A stretch of DNA of 64,000 bases from Camelus ferus (GCF_009834535.1 NC_045698.1:11782001-11846000); one strand, 5' to 3'; shown: positions 39,600 through 51,756, counted from the stretch's first letter. Numbers and translations are program-made. The notes: a model not told the origin generated them from the sequence alone.

Positions 39600-39845
39600 A
39601 AGTGGATTATCTTATTTTATCTAACCAGATCCTCACAAAATGGGTGGGAGTTCAGTAAAACAAGTAAGCAGAGGAATAGAAACCTCTGGTAGGAGGTCAA
39701 CCCTTCAAATGCCTGGCTGTGCGCACTGTGCCCAAATCCCTGAAAGGAGGGGGAAGTCGCTCAAGGTCATACAGTTAGCAAAAGACGAAACCAAAATTAG
39801 CAACCAAGTCAGCCTACTCTCAGGCTCTTTCCATTACACTACACC
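39600..39845. mobile_element. MIR fragments
   Basis: 'gaagtcgctcaaggtcatacagttagcaa...gctctttccattacact'. Confidence 0.6.
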
Positions 39846-40079
39846 CATTTTAAAGAGAATTACATCGGCTCAGCGATGCCATCCATCATATCAAAATCGA
39901 CATAGGAAGAGATGGAGCCCAGAGGGGAAGCCTTACTTACCTAGTGCCACTTAGCGCACTGCATCCAGCAAAAACGGCCACCAGGAAAGACATGGGCTGG
40001 ATATGCAGGAAGAGGGCAGCCAGCTCAGAAGACTAGCCAGGAGGCTCTAAATGGGAAGGGCCCCTTTCTCCCTAATTAC

Positions 40080-40280
40080 TGACCACATTGACCTCGGGTA
40101 CTACAGGCAATGTGGCCAGTGGGGTTACTTTTGTCCTCAGGCGCAGTGGGACCTTTTCCAGAATTCCCTCTTTTGGGGAAGGCCATCGAGTTCACTCCAA
40201 GGTCATGGTCCCAAGGGAAATCAAACAGGCGATGGAGGAATTATGTCCCCCGTTTATGCTGCTGAAGTGAACTGTGACCT
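40080..40280. promoter_or_regulatory. candidate nuclear-receptor response-element cluster (DR3, DR5, DR1)
   Basis: TGACCAcatTGACCT 40080-40094; AGTTCActccaAGGTCA 40189-40205; TGAACTgTGACCT 40268-40280; motif evidence only. Confidence 0.45.
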
Positions 40281-41089
40281 AAGATGACACCATGATGTCC
40301 AAAATGAAAAAAAGAAAAGAACAGGATTTTACATGCTAATGAAGAGATAGCATAAGACATGCAAAACGAGGAAGAGAAAATAACGTTACCATGAAGACCT
40401 AGAAGTAAATAAAAACCAGAGGCCCTGAAGAATGCTTGCCATAGTGTAAATATCATGTCCTTTCATGCAACTGTCAACTTCAAAACAGATTGCTATTGAA
40501 AGGCCAGTGTGGTGAACAACTGTATTTTCTGCTGGGGCCATTTGTCACCGTGTGTCCAAGACCTGATTAGGCTGACACCACAAGCAAATACATGGTACAT
40601 TGGAGGGTGCTTTAAAATAAGACTATATTATATGTTATTTCAAATAGATGGTCTCTGCTTTCAGTATATGTTTATTCAAATTCTATGTGATCTGTGAATA
40701 AACTTTGGATTGCTGCTTTAAACAAAGAACTATTACCAAATACATCAATGAGGATCTAGTTCCACTTTTCTTCCCAATGGTAATCAATATTTTTAAACGA
40801 AGGGCCCCTTCATTTTTTTACAGTCCCTAGTGCCTCATAGGAAGAGGAAATACAGCTGAATTTTACAAATATATCAATTTCACACATACTGCATTTTTGT
40901 AAATGGAATTTATCTATGAATCACCTAGTAGTCCCAGAATAAAAGCGGAATGAAAGAGCTAGGAGATCAGAATAGTTTTCTATCACAGTAGAACTGGACG
41001 TGGGGGTTAAACAGGACATGTGTTAATTAGGAAATTGCAAGAGAGTCTTGGAGGTTGGAGGGGCAACTTTTGACCCCTCGGTGAGCTAA

Positions 41090-41700
41090 GGAGGCACATG
41101 GCAGCAGCCAGAGGGAAAGTGAAGCTGACTGTTTGCACATGCAATCAAAGGAAAGCACACGCCTAGAACACTCATTTTCATCAGTGGGTCCCCATGTGCC
41201 GTGTGCGTATGTGTAGACGATTTATTACTATCGTCACTATATATAACTTCAGTCCGCCTGAGCCAGGAAAGAACAGCTGTCTCCCGAAACAATGTGCCTC
41301 TGAGGAGTCTCTAAGCACGTCTAGGAGCAAGGCAAGGCAACCAAGCCTGATTAACAGGATAACGTTCAACAGCAGTGGAGGCAAAGGGGAGGGGGGAGGG
41401 GAGGGGGGTACCTTCACACCTAAAATCAGGCTGGCGTCATTCATGGGGATTACAGAGCCCTGTAATCACACTGGTAGCTGTTTACTGTCATGATTACTTA
41501 TTCTAATGAGGAAATTAAAAAGTTCTCTGTTATAGCACATATCTGGTTGTGCAGCAGTAAATCATGTCATGTGCCTAATACACGGAGTACGCGGCTGGCC
41601 CTCAGGCATTTGTCTAACGTACAAACACAGCAGGCATTAAAACTCGGATTATCGGTGTCCTCCTGAGAGGCATCGCCCAGGGAGGTTATAGCTTTATTCC
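41090..41700. promoter_or_regulatory. candidate enhancer / conserved non-coding element
   Basis: no recognisable repeat; retains CpGs; GGATTA palindrome, TGTTTAC, TGTCA and GTAAATCA motifs; G-tract. Confidence 0.35.
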
Positions 41701-41904
41701 AGTGAGTCCCTCCAGAACTTCTGAACTCCTCTTTGGGGGAGTTTGTCAGTCTTTCAAGAGTTCATCTCTCTCTCACACATACACAAACACACAAACACAC
41801 ACACATACATGTGCATACGAAAGCCACCTGATTAGAATATGGTGATCCTAGAACCTGGTGAGGGGATTATTTTTTTCCAAATGTATATTATCTAAGTTTG
41901 CCCG

Positions 41905-42350
41905 TCATCACCCAATAGTAGTTGACCCCTTTTTCTGTAGTAATAACTCCCCTGATATTTAGCTGGTACATAATAGATGACCGCAGAGCATTAAGGACAA
42001 ACATGTCTGCTGCCCGCACAGCCAGGTAGGCACGGTCAGGTGACCAGGTTTTGGCCAACGGGGTATTAGTGGAGACAACACGCAACCTCTGAGTTAACGG
42101 TTTAAAGGCAAGGGGTGGGCTCTGCCTCTCCCCCAGCTCTTTGCTTGCTGAATGATGCATCTTGAAACAACCAAAGGGTGTTGTAGGGATGACAGATCAA
42201 CAAGACAGAAGGTGCCTGGGCCTGGGGACTCTGCAGAGCTGAACCATGACACCAGCCCAGACTCAGGTGAGACAAAAATAAACTGTCTTGTCTAAGATGT
42301 GGTTATTTTGGCTCTGAGTCACTGAAGGACAAATGGAATTCCTAACTAAC
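41905..42350 (+). mobile_element. old MaLR (MLT1J/K-like) LTR
   Basis: 'gtgaccaggttttggccaacggg', 'aataaactgtcttgtctaag', end 'cctaactaaca'. Confidence 0.7.
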
Positions 42351-42567
42351 AGAGTTTTGTTTAAAAAAAAAAAAAAACCTGGATCTATCCTCACAGTAAA
42401 ACAGCCTGCCACTGTGATCACAAGTATCCAAAGGTGCAGCAATTCTCAAAGAGACGCGGCAGGCAACAGCTCAGCCTTGAATTACGTTCTCTGGCTTCCG
42501 TGGGAGAACAGCGATCATGTGGAAAGGTCCATGTCAGAGTGTGTTTAAGAAGAATTAGTTGCGTTCC

Positions 42568-42765
42568 TTTTTTATTGAAGTATAGCTGATTTACAATATA
42601 GTGTTAGTTTCAGGTATACAGAGAAGTGATTCAGTTACGTTTTTATTCAGATCATATTCCATTATAGGTAATTACGAGATATCGAATATAGCTCCCTGCG
42701 CTACACAGTAAATCCTTGTTGCTTATCTATTTTATGTATAGTTGTTTGTATCTGTTGATTACTTT
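42568..42765 (-). mobile_element. short L1 3' end
   Basis: 'ttttattgaagtatagctgatttacaatatagtgttagtttcaggtataca'. Confidence 0.85.
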
Positions 42766-43458
42766 TTAACTATATAAGTATTATTACATAATTGTATAAG
42801 TACACCTCTGAGCAAATGTAGATCAACAGTGTAATGCATGTCTGGTCACACTTGCCCGAGAACGCCTGTCATCACCAAATGAGGTAGATGGGAATTCAAG
42901 TCATCTCCATTGGATTGGTAAGAAAGCCCAAGGAATTTCAGGATTTTCGTCATAATTACATAAAAATCTCTTTAAATTTCCATTAGAATATATTGAGCTT
43001 CCATAGGCTAGTAAACCTACTAGAAAGTAAGCAATCTCTACTGCCCCATAAATCATTATGAGTGTTAGTATCCTCTTCCGACCGTCTGTTTAAGCAACTG
43101 AAAGTGGAATTCCAGTTTCCAGTAAAGATTTACTATTTGAAAACCTGGGGAGCCCTGGGAGCAGGGCTGACAGTAAGGGGGTCTGTGGTGGTGAGACCTG
43201 GCCAGGTGGCGACAGTCAGCGTCTCCTCCAGTATCAGGTATAGATTGAGGTCCTAAGACCCAGCAGCCATGAGGTGTTCCCGGTACTTCCTGTACCTACT
43301 GTTGTCCAAAGGGTTTTACTCCCGTCCCGGCTGCTGGGAACACGGGGTGAATGACAAGGAGCCCTCGGGTGAGCACTCCCTTTCTACTCTAGGCAACAAA
43401 GGTGGGAGAGAAGCCAGCTAGGCAAGGTGACAGAGGCAAGGTCTGCAGGGGAACCGTC

Positions 43459-43922
43459 TGTCAGACCAGGAGTAAATTATAACAGAGGAGAACAAATCTG
43501 ACTCTGTATTGGATTTGTTCCCTTGGCTTTGACCACTGTGCCCTGTTTCCTAGACTTAGTCTTGCTAGCTCTGCACTCACGTAAACATAACAAATTGCAG
43601 GACAGAGAATAACATTTGTTTTGTTGGAGGTTTTGCAGGAGCTCCGTGACCTGGCTCACATGGACAGCTGCTGGAACAAAGAATTCCTACACCAAGAAGT
43701 TTGCAACAACCACCCACACCTCCTCCCCTGTGCTTTGTTTGTTTGTTTGTTTGTATAAAAGGAGCCTGTTCTCCAAGATGGTTGGTTCTCCAAGGCATTA
43801 GTGTGCCATCCTCTTGGTCTGCCGGCTTTCCAAATAAAGTTGCTCTTCCTTGCCCCAATACCTCATCTCCTGATTTATTGGCCTGTCATGCGGCAAGCAG
43901 AACGAGTTTGGACTCAGCAACA
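43459..43922 (+). mobile_element. ERV1-type solo LTR
   Basis: TG...CA ends (tgtcagacc...cagcaaca); TATAAAA 43754-43760; AATAAA 43833-43838; no clean TSD. Confidence 0.8.
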
Positions 43923-45659
43923 GATCAGAGCTTTAACAGAAAGGAGGTAACTTCCAAGGCAGAAATCTTGGAGAAAAAGAGAGTTTTGCACGGGAGAAAC
44001 AGACTCAGTGAGGAAGAGAGAGAGCAAATCAGAAGCCAGCACACAGAGACGGAGCAGGAAGGGGACTACAAACACGTCCAGACCAGGCTTTTAGGACCCA
44101 GTGGAGACCACTCAAAGGCCACACAGAGATGGCTGCAGAATTCTGGGCAGGAGGGATGTTTAAACATCGAGCAGGGTCTGAGGCCCTCTTTTTCCTACTC
44201 CTTCTCCTCAGTCAATACTGAAGCTCCTTTCTTCCTCCTGGGCTGCATGGACATTGATGGCCATCCTCTGGGAGTGAGGACCGAGGCAAACAGCATCACA
44301 GCGAGAGGAGTTTGGTGAGGTTTGCTTGTTTACATTTTTATTTGCTTTTGTTTGCTTATTTATTTGGAGGTGTCAAGAAAATTCAGTCTATGTCCTGAAT
44401 GTTTTTTTGTCATGGTTGTTTATACTTTGTAGTGTGGAAACTTTCAAACACAAGCGAAAGCAGAGAAAATAGCATGTTTTCAGTGATAGCACTTCTGTTT
44501 CATCCATAATCACCACCACCATCCCACCCCTGGATTACTATAAAGCAAATTTTTGGCAATCATATAACTTCATGCAGAAATACTTCTGTCTAATATAAAA
44601 GCTAGACAGTGAGTTTTAGCTTGTGATGAGGAGCCCGTTTCTCCTGTTCTTTGCAAAAAGTACCATTTCGATCCTACTCATCAAAAGGACAAATGATTAA
44701 TGTATGTCTCTCCCTTGCTCTCTTTTTTCTGCCTCAGAATAAATTCAAGCATGATAAATTTCTTAACTCTCCTCCTGTCGACCCTGGAAAGTCTACCAGT
44801 TGCTCAAATGGAGTTAGGAAGGAGTAGTGTTATATCAGTTCCTTTGAAAACACAAGGAGTTCTCTTTCATACTTGGTTTAAAAAAAAAAAGGTAAATTCT
44901 CACACTAGAAGTCCAACACTTCACTTTAGCCAGGGTAGGTCAGTATAACACAATTACCCAGACCCCTTCACATGTGCATATAGGTCCCAGCATGAGTCTC
45001 CAAGTTTATTCCCTGTCCATCAGCCCTTCTGGCACATAGTCTTCAAGGTCATGGTTCTTAAATGCCATGCTCACCATGTCACTGCTCTCCCTCAGGAACC
45101 CATCTGGCTCCCTATTACTTAATAATCTTCTATCTGACTGCTTTTATGAAAGAATCTCCACCACTTGTGATTCTGTTCTTACCCATTCATGTCTCTGCCT
45201 CTCCTTTCCAACCAGGTCAAGCTCTTAAATGCAGTAGTTGCAATGTCTGCCCTTTCTTTGCCACTTTTCCCCTGTGGTTCAATTTTTTTTCCCTTTGGGT
45301 ACAGATTTTCCTGCCTGGATGTCATTGTATCCATTTGGGTGCAATTTTTCCCTCTTGGATGAGATCAGATAGCAAGGCAAAAAAATTCACCAAATTTTTT
45401 TTTAATAAGGAATAATACAGGTCATTTGTTCTCTGGGGTACCAAAACATGGCTACTGTCAAATTAAAAGCACCAATGAGTGGAATTCAGATTTTTTAATT
45501 GGATTGAAGCAAAGAGTAATGTCTACTTTACTTGCTAACCTTATTATAGCAAGTATTTGCCTTATAGAATTAAGAGTTTTGTGAAACATGATTTGACATA
45601 AAGAAAGTGACACTGCACGGTGATAACGGAGTGTTATGTGAAAATGAGTCTTAGATGTA

Positions 45660-46152
45660 TTCATTCACTCAGTAAATTCTTACTGAAATCTATTATGTTC
45701 CAAGCACTGAGGCCTCATTCTAGGTCCTAAGGATGTATTAGCAAACAAAGTAGACTAAGTCCATATTGTCACATAACTAAAAATCTAGAGGATGATACCG
45801 AACATGAACAATTAAGCAAAGAAGTACATAACGTAATTTCAGGTGACAGTGATTGCTATGAATCAAAATCATCCAAGATTAAGAGAAAGAGATCAATGCG
45901 TGAGGTGACTCTTCTATCTAAGGTGTTCAAGAAAGTGACGTTGGAGGAGAGACCTGAAAAATTCTATAAGAACAAGCTCTTTAAAGCCCTTTTAGAAGAG
46001 TGTTCCCATGGAGGGAGTAAAAAGTACATATCCCTGGGTGAGAATGTAGCGATCAACAGGAAAGCCAGTGCAGGTGGACTGGAATAAGCAGAGAAGAAAA
46101 CTGGTAGGTGCTCATTGAGACGGGCACAGGCCAGATCACGTAGGGCTTTATA
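45660..46152 (-). mobile_element. L2 3' end
   Basis: 'tcattcactcagtaaattcttactgaaatctattatgttccaagcactg'. Confidence 0.75.
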
Positions 46153-46810
46153 TTCCTCAAAAGACTAAAAATAGACTTACCATATGACCCAGCAATCCCA
46201 CTTCTGAGTATATATCCAGAAGGAATCCTAATTCAAAAAGACACCTGCACCCCAATGATCATAGATGCACTATTTACAATAGCCAAGACATGGAAGCAAC
46301 CTAAATGTCCATTGACAGATGACTGGATAAAGAAGCTGTGGTATATTTACATAATGGAATATTACTCAGCCATAAAAATGTCAATATAATGCCATTTGTA
46401 GCAACATGGATGTCCTTGGAGAATGTCATTCTAAGTGAAGTAAGCCAGAAAGAGAAAGAAAATTACCGTTCAATATCACTTATATGTGGAATCCAAAAAA
46501 AAGACAAATGAACTTATATATAAAACAGAAACAGATTCACAAACATAGAATACAGACTTGTGCTTGCCAGGGAAGAGAAGGGTGGAAAGGGATAAACTGG
46601 GAGCTCAAGATTTGCAGATACTGACTGGCATATATAAAATAGATAAACAAGTTTATACTGTATAGCACAGGGAAATATATTCAACATCCTGTAGTAGCTC
46701 ATGGTGAAAAAGAATATGAAAATGAATATATGTCTATTCATGTATGACTAAAGAATTGAGCTATACACCAGAAATTGACATAACATTGTAAACTGACTAT
46801 AACTCAACAA
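46153..46810 (+). mobile_element. young L1 3' end
   Basis: 'ccatatgacccagcaatcccacttctg' through 'gaaattgacataacattgtaaactgactataactcaa'. Confidence 0.92.
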
Positions 46811-47310
46811 AGAGGACAATGCACAACCTAAAAGTTAGAATTACATTTTATTCAGCAGACTTTCTGAGGACTTCAAGCCTGGGAGATAGCTCTGAAGGAC
46901 TGCTCTGAAGAGGTAAGGAAGGAGCCAGGATATATAGGATTTTTGTGACAAAGACCAGGTATTTGGAACATCAAAAGATTAGTGTTAATTTAAAAAAACC
47001 AGACATCTCAAGTTAATGAATTTAACATTTTTCTATATATGGGAAGATGCAAGAGTCTGGGCTCATGAAATCACTCCTTTGATATGCACTTAGCTGTCTA
47101 GGGCCAGTCTCCTGTTCTTTCCCATCCTGAGTCCTCTCTGGGTGCAGGACTGGGAGTGGCTGTGGCGGCTGAGGGCTTGGCAGCAGGCAGCCTATTTGTC
47201 TCCATCCTGAGTTCCCTCAGGGCTCACCGTCAGGGGCAGTGGTAGTGTCTTGATGGCTGCAGCATCCTTTGTTTGCTGATGTGGCAGGCAACACTTTTCA
47301 TCTATGGCTG
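46811..47310 (-). mobile_element. ERV1-type solo LTR
   Basis: 'gggaagatgcaagagtctgggctca', 'catcctgagttccctcagggctcacc'; tttatt near the left end. Confidence 0.7.
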
Positions 47311-47555
47311 CATGTGTAAAATACACATAAAGTTTCAGATACTTGGTATGAAAAAAATGTAAAAAATATCATTAATATTTATGTTTATCATTTGTTGAAA
47401 TGATAATATTTGGGATACACTGGGTCAAATAAAATATGCCACTAAAATTAATTTCACTTGTTTCTTTTCACATTTTTAATGTGGCTACTTTAATATTTAA
47501 AGTTACACATAAGGCTTGCAGTTGTGACTCAGACTTTATTTCTAACAGACTACAT
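47311..47555. mobile_element. MER33-like hAT fragment
   Basis: 'gttgaaatgataatatttgggata...aaaattaatttcacttgtttctttt...aatgtggctact'. Confidence 0.75.
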
Positions 47556-47926
47556 TGTTCTCAAGGAGTGGCTGTGGTGGGGTTGGGGAAAAGATCTCTG
47601 GAAGGAAAGCTAAAGTAGTGAGATGCCAAGGGTTGGATAGATCACATAAATGAATGTCAAGATCACTATGAACAGTGTTGGTAAAAAAGACTATGAACCA
47701 GGGAATAAAAACCTCAGTGAATGAGGGTGTGGTCAGGATGTCGATCACTAAGTACAACCTGGAAAATTAGCAAGTGATGGAGTCTGATGAGGGCCTTAGA
47801 GATTTTTGAGGGAGAAGAGACATTGTCTTGAAGTGGCAGTGAGGAGTGGAAAGTCTCCTACCTTACCTCCAGGCCATGTGGTGCATACATGGTATGTATC
47901 TCTTTTTTTTTAAAGCACCATATGAG

Positions 47927-48155
47927 GGGGAGGGTATAGCTCAGTGGTAGGGTGACCAATTAGCATGCACGAGGTCTGGGTTCAATCTCCAGTTCCTCCA
48001 TTAAAAATATAAGGAAATCAATAAATAAACCTAATTACCTCCCTGTTCAAAAAAATAAATAAAACAAAATAAATATATCTATTTTTAAAACTGTTTTTAA
48101 AAAATAAGCATGCAAACTAACAAAAAATAAAGTTGAAAACAAAACAAAAATTTTT
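47927..48155 (+). mobile_element. tRNA-derived SINE (camelid Vic-1-like)
   Basis: head ggggagggtatagctcagtggtag (A box) and gggttcaatctcc (B box); AT-rich tail; TSD aaa(g/a)caccatatgag at 47912-47926 and 48156-48170. Confidence 0.88.
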
Positions 48156-48704
48156 AAAACACCATATGAGTCATCTATAGAGGAATCAGAGTCCTTAGGG
48201 AATGAGTTTCAGTTGGAGCAAGAAGATCAAAGGTTGTGCAGAAAAGAGGTTAAAAATATGGGATTTTGCTGATGGCAGACCATTAATTAATGCCAGTGGG
48301 CAGAAGATTCAGAGAACTGTGTGAGTGGTTGGATTTGAGAATGAACAGGAATTAGTGCCTGCTAAGGATGGATGACCTGGGAAATTTGGGTCCCTGGTGA
48401 CTTGAGAAGCATGATAATTAGACCTGCTGCTCCCACAAAGAATAGGGATGATCTGGCCTATTTCTTAGCTCCCTCTTGGGCTTGGTCCCTTGGCATTCTA
48501 GGGGTGGCAGAGTGGTATCACCGTGTGGAGGGCATCCTTGTGTGTTCTTACCATGAACACAAGCAATTCATGGTGTGGTGAAGGCCAAATGCATAGAGAA
48601 TTTTTATGATCTACAATTGACCTCCAGGCTATATTTTAAGATGTGCTGTTCAGGTTGGTGAGTTTTTTGGGTTTTTTTTTTTTTTTTTTTTTACGTATTT
48701 GCTT

Positions 48705-49160
48705 GTTATAGAGGATTGAGTAGTGTCCCCAACCAAAATTCATGCCCATGCTCAGAATGTAACCTTATTTAGAAAAAGGGTATTTGCAGATGTAACTAGT
48801 AAAGAATCTTGAGACGAAATGATCCAAGATTTTGGGTGGGCCCTAAATCCAAAGACTGGCATCCTTATAAGAAGAGAGGACACGGGGACACAAAGAGAAG
48901 AAGACAATGAGGAGACAGAGGTGGAGATAGGAGTAATGCATCTACAACGAAAGGTGCGCCAAAGGTCGCCAGCAGCCACCACAGAGTAGGAGAGAAGCAG
49001 GGCATGGTTTCTCCCTCAGATCCACCAGCCTGTCAACCAACCCTGTCAACATCCAGATTTTGGACTCTGGCTTCCTAAGTTGTGAAAGAATAAATTTCTG
49101 TTGTTTTGAACCACCCAGTCAGAGCTAATTTTTTATTGCAGCCCAAGAAACTAACACACT
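48705..49160 (+). mobile_element. MaLR (MLT1C/D-like) solo LTR
   Basis: 'cagaatgtaaccttatttagaaaaagggtatttgcagatgtaa', 'aataaatttctgttgttttgaaccaccc', end 'aactaacaca'. Confidence 0.88.
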
Positions 49161-49267
49161 TGATAATAAGCTTACTGGGGAAAGAGACTAAGGCTCCAGA
49201 GTTTAATTCTATCTGAGAGTCACCCCGGTGCTCGGCATGTCACCAGCAGTCAATAAATGTATCTTAA

Positions 49268-49585
49268 CAAAAACAAAAACAAAAAACAATGCATAAATAC
49301 AAAACAGAAATAGACTCATAGACATAGAATACACACTTGTGGTTGCCAAGGGGGCGGAGGGTGGGAAGGGATAAACGGGATTTCAGAATTGTAGAATAGA
49401 TAAACAAGATTATACTGTATAGCACAGGGAAGTATACACAAGATCTTACGGTAGCTCACAGAGAAAAAAATGTGACAATGAATATATATATGTTCACGTA
49501 TAACTGAAAAATTGTGCTCTACGCTGGAATTTGACACAACATTGTAAAATGATTATAAATCAATAAAAAATGTTTAAAAAAAAAA
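49268..49585 (+). mobile_element. young short L1 3' end, same subfamily as 8859-9508
   Basis: ORF 49316-49537 translates almost identically to ORF 8902-9201; poly-A tail; both flanks share gtatctt. Confidence 0.9.
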
Positions 49586-51004
49586 GTATCTTGAGTTAAC
49601 CCAACCACTCAAGTCTATGAGTGCAAAATTTCTCAGACCTTAAACTGTCCCTATAAAGAAAAATTCAAGGAGCCACTTAAAGGCATTTCCATACTCTAAT
49701 ACACCTTATGTGAGTGACACAAAAGGTGAGCAACGTGGTTTCAACCACCTGGACACATGAAGATAAATCCCTTAATTTACCCCATTTCTCCCAATTAGTG
49801 TTTGTAGAGCTAGAAAGACTGCATGTATTTCTCTCAATGGCTGTTCTATTGAGGTCAAGCCCTCTTATTACCTGCAGAAAGGCAAGTTCAGGAATTCTAT
49901 TAGAGTTCTGAAAAATGTTAACAGCTATCCAACTGAGCATTTTTACCAAGTTCATTTGTACCTTAGAAAAGTAGAACACAGCCATAGTAGTGGTGTTAAG
50001 CTGAGTATTGACAAAGCCATTTTCTACCAAATGACCCCCTGAATCTCACTCTCCAGACTGGGAAATGGCAGCAGTAGTAGGTTGACAGCTGGACTACATT
50101 CTCTTGAATTAAAGTGAGGCTTTTTACCAAAATGACATTGTTCACTCATAGAACTTTAACGCCATGAACAAATTATTTAGAAGATTTTTTTTATCGGCTG
50201 TCTAACCAGGTTCTTTCCTCACTGCAGAAAGGCACAAAAGGAAATGTAATGTACTCTTGTAGGTGGAAGGGGAGACCTGGGGAGCATCAGTCATCGCTTA
50301 ACTCAAAAAGGCTTCAGGGGAAATAAAGCTGAACGATTTAAAAGGAGTGAGACAAAGAATGCTTCAGCCACTGAGATGACGGAAAAGCCCTTATCCTCCC
50401 CCCAGCTTCATCCAAGCGTGAGCGTGGACATAGGCTCTCCATCCTAGCATGTCCCCACCTGCCACCCTATGCCTGGTATTTTTCATTTTGAAGACAGAGG
50501 GAAAAACAAAAAGAAGGGAACGGTAACATACTCAGAGGACAGTGGAAAATGGGGAGCTAGAAAGAGATGGGGGTAAGATAAACTTTTGCTTGAAGTAAAG
50601 CAATATAGTAACAGTTGCTAAGAGAAAGCAATGCAGAGTTTTCTTTATTTCTCCCCCTCTATCTCCACCTCAAAGGCTGAATATACTTAATAATACACAC
50701 AGTCATAATTGTCTGTGGTACTTAATTATCTTTTATCATAGGCAGTTGTATGGTGATTTTTAACTCCTTAGAAAACTTTAAATAAATACAGACTATTAAC
50801 TTCCTAAATATTGAATTAGTTGAAAGTTCCAGGATTTCATTAGGGACTTTAGACTAAATATATTAAATTAACATTAAAGAAAAATCCTATTACTTGATAT
50901 TAAGAATCTTCTTTAAAAAATGACACTTGAAATATTTTCCCGGATAATTTAAGTGGACTATCTTTATAAGAACACATAATTTGTGTTTGTTGAGTGTGAA
51001 GAGA

Positions 51005-51157
51005 ACATACAGTGGAGTAAAAACAGTCTCTTCAGCAAATGGTGTTGGGAAAACTGGACAGCTGAATGGAAATCAATGACGTTAGAGCACTCCCTCACCC
51101 CACACGCACAAACTCAAAATGGCTTAAAGACTTAAATATAAGACAAGAAGAAAACAT
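51005..51157 (+). mobile_element. short internal L1 ORF2 fragment
   Basis: 'cagtctcttcagcaaatggtgttgggaaaactggacag...ggcttaaagacttaaatataagac'. Confidence 0.85.
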
Positions 51158-51314
51158 GCTGTGTCCTGTCTCACCCTCATGCTCCCTCTTGGAGATAACA
51201 CTGTCAAAGATATAAAAGTGACAAACTCTGCCCCATCTTTTAGATCCAGTCAAGATGTCACCCAGAGGTGTGACTCACACAGGCTCTCCCAGCTGACTGC
51301 GCACATCTCTTTGC

Positions 51315-51456
51315 AGCCTCATGGTCAGTGACTTCATAGTTGTGGCCTACACTCAGCCATGGTGGGAAACCAGAAATCAGCAGCGCTACAAATCAAGGTG
51401 TTTTTTTTTTTCTTTTTTCTGAGAGCCGATTGTTACCATTTATCAGCCCACCATGG
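51315..51456. mobile_element. MER63-like hAT fragment
   Basis: end 'gagagccgattgttaccatttatcagcccacca'. Confidence 0.55.
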
Positions 51457-51756
51457 ATACAATCTCATTTGTGACTGACCTGAGGGAACCAGGCAGAGCC
51501 TGAGTACTAACGGAGAGAGACTTTAGCCCATGGAACCAAACAATCCTGAAGTCTCAAGGGCTTATCAGAACAGAGGTTTATTCTCACGTGAGCAGAGTCT
51601 GCTGCCAGTCTGAGTGATAACTGCATTCCACGTGGAGACTCCGACACCCAGGCTTGCAGAGGCTCCCCATCCTGTGGCTGAACCCTCTAGGGCACACTGC
51701 CTGTGCTGCAGGGAAGCAGAGCATGAGACACTCACCTGGAAATAAAATGCTTCAGC

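Noticed and set aside
43259..43344. Overlapping 8-10 bp inverted repeats (cccagcagcc/ggctgctggg; gtgttccc/gggaacac)
   Set aside because: Short, within chance for GC-richer DNA, and in probable L2-derived sequence
43701..44318. Longest ORF in the window (205 aa)
   Set aside because: Starts at TTG inside an LTR, crosses a (GTTT)n tract and the LTR boundary; no recognisable domain
47927..48000. tRNA gene
   Set aside because: tRNA-like head is followed by a SINE body and tail and bounded by a TSD; the anticodon arm is degenerate
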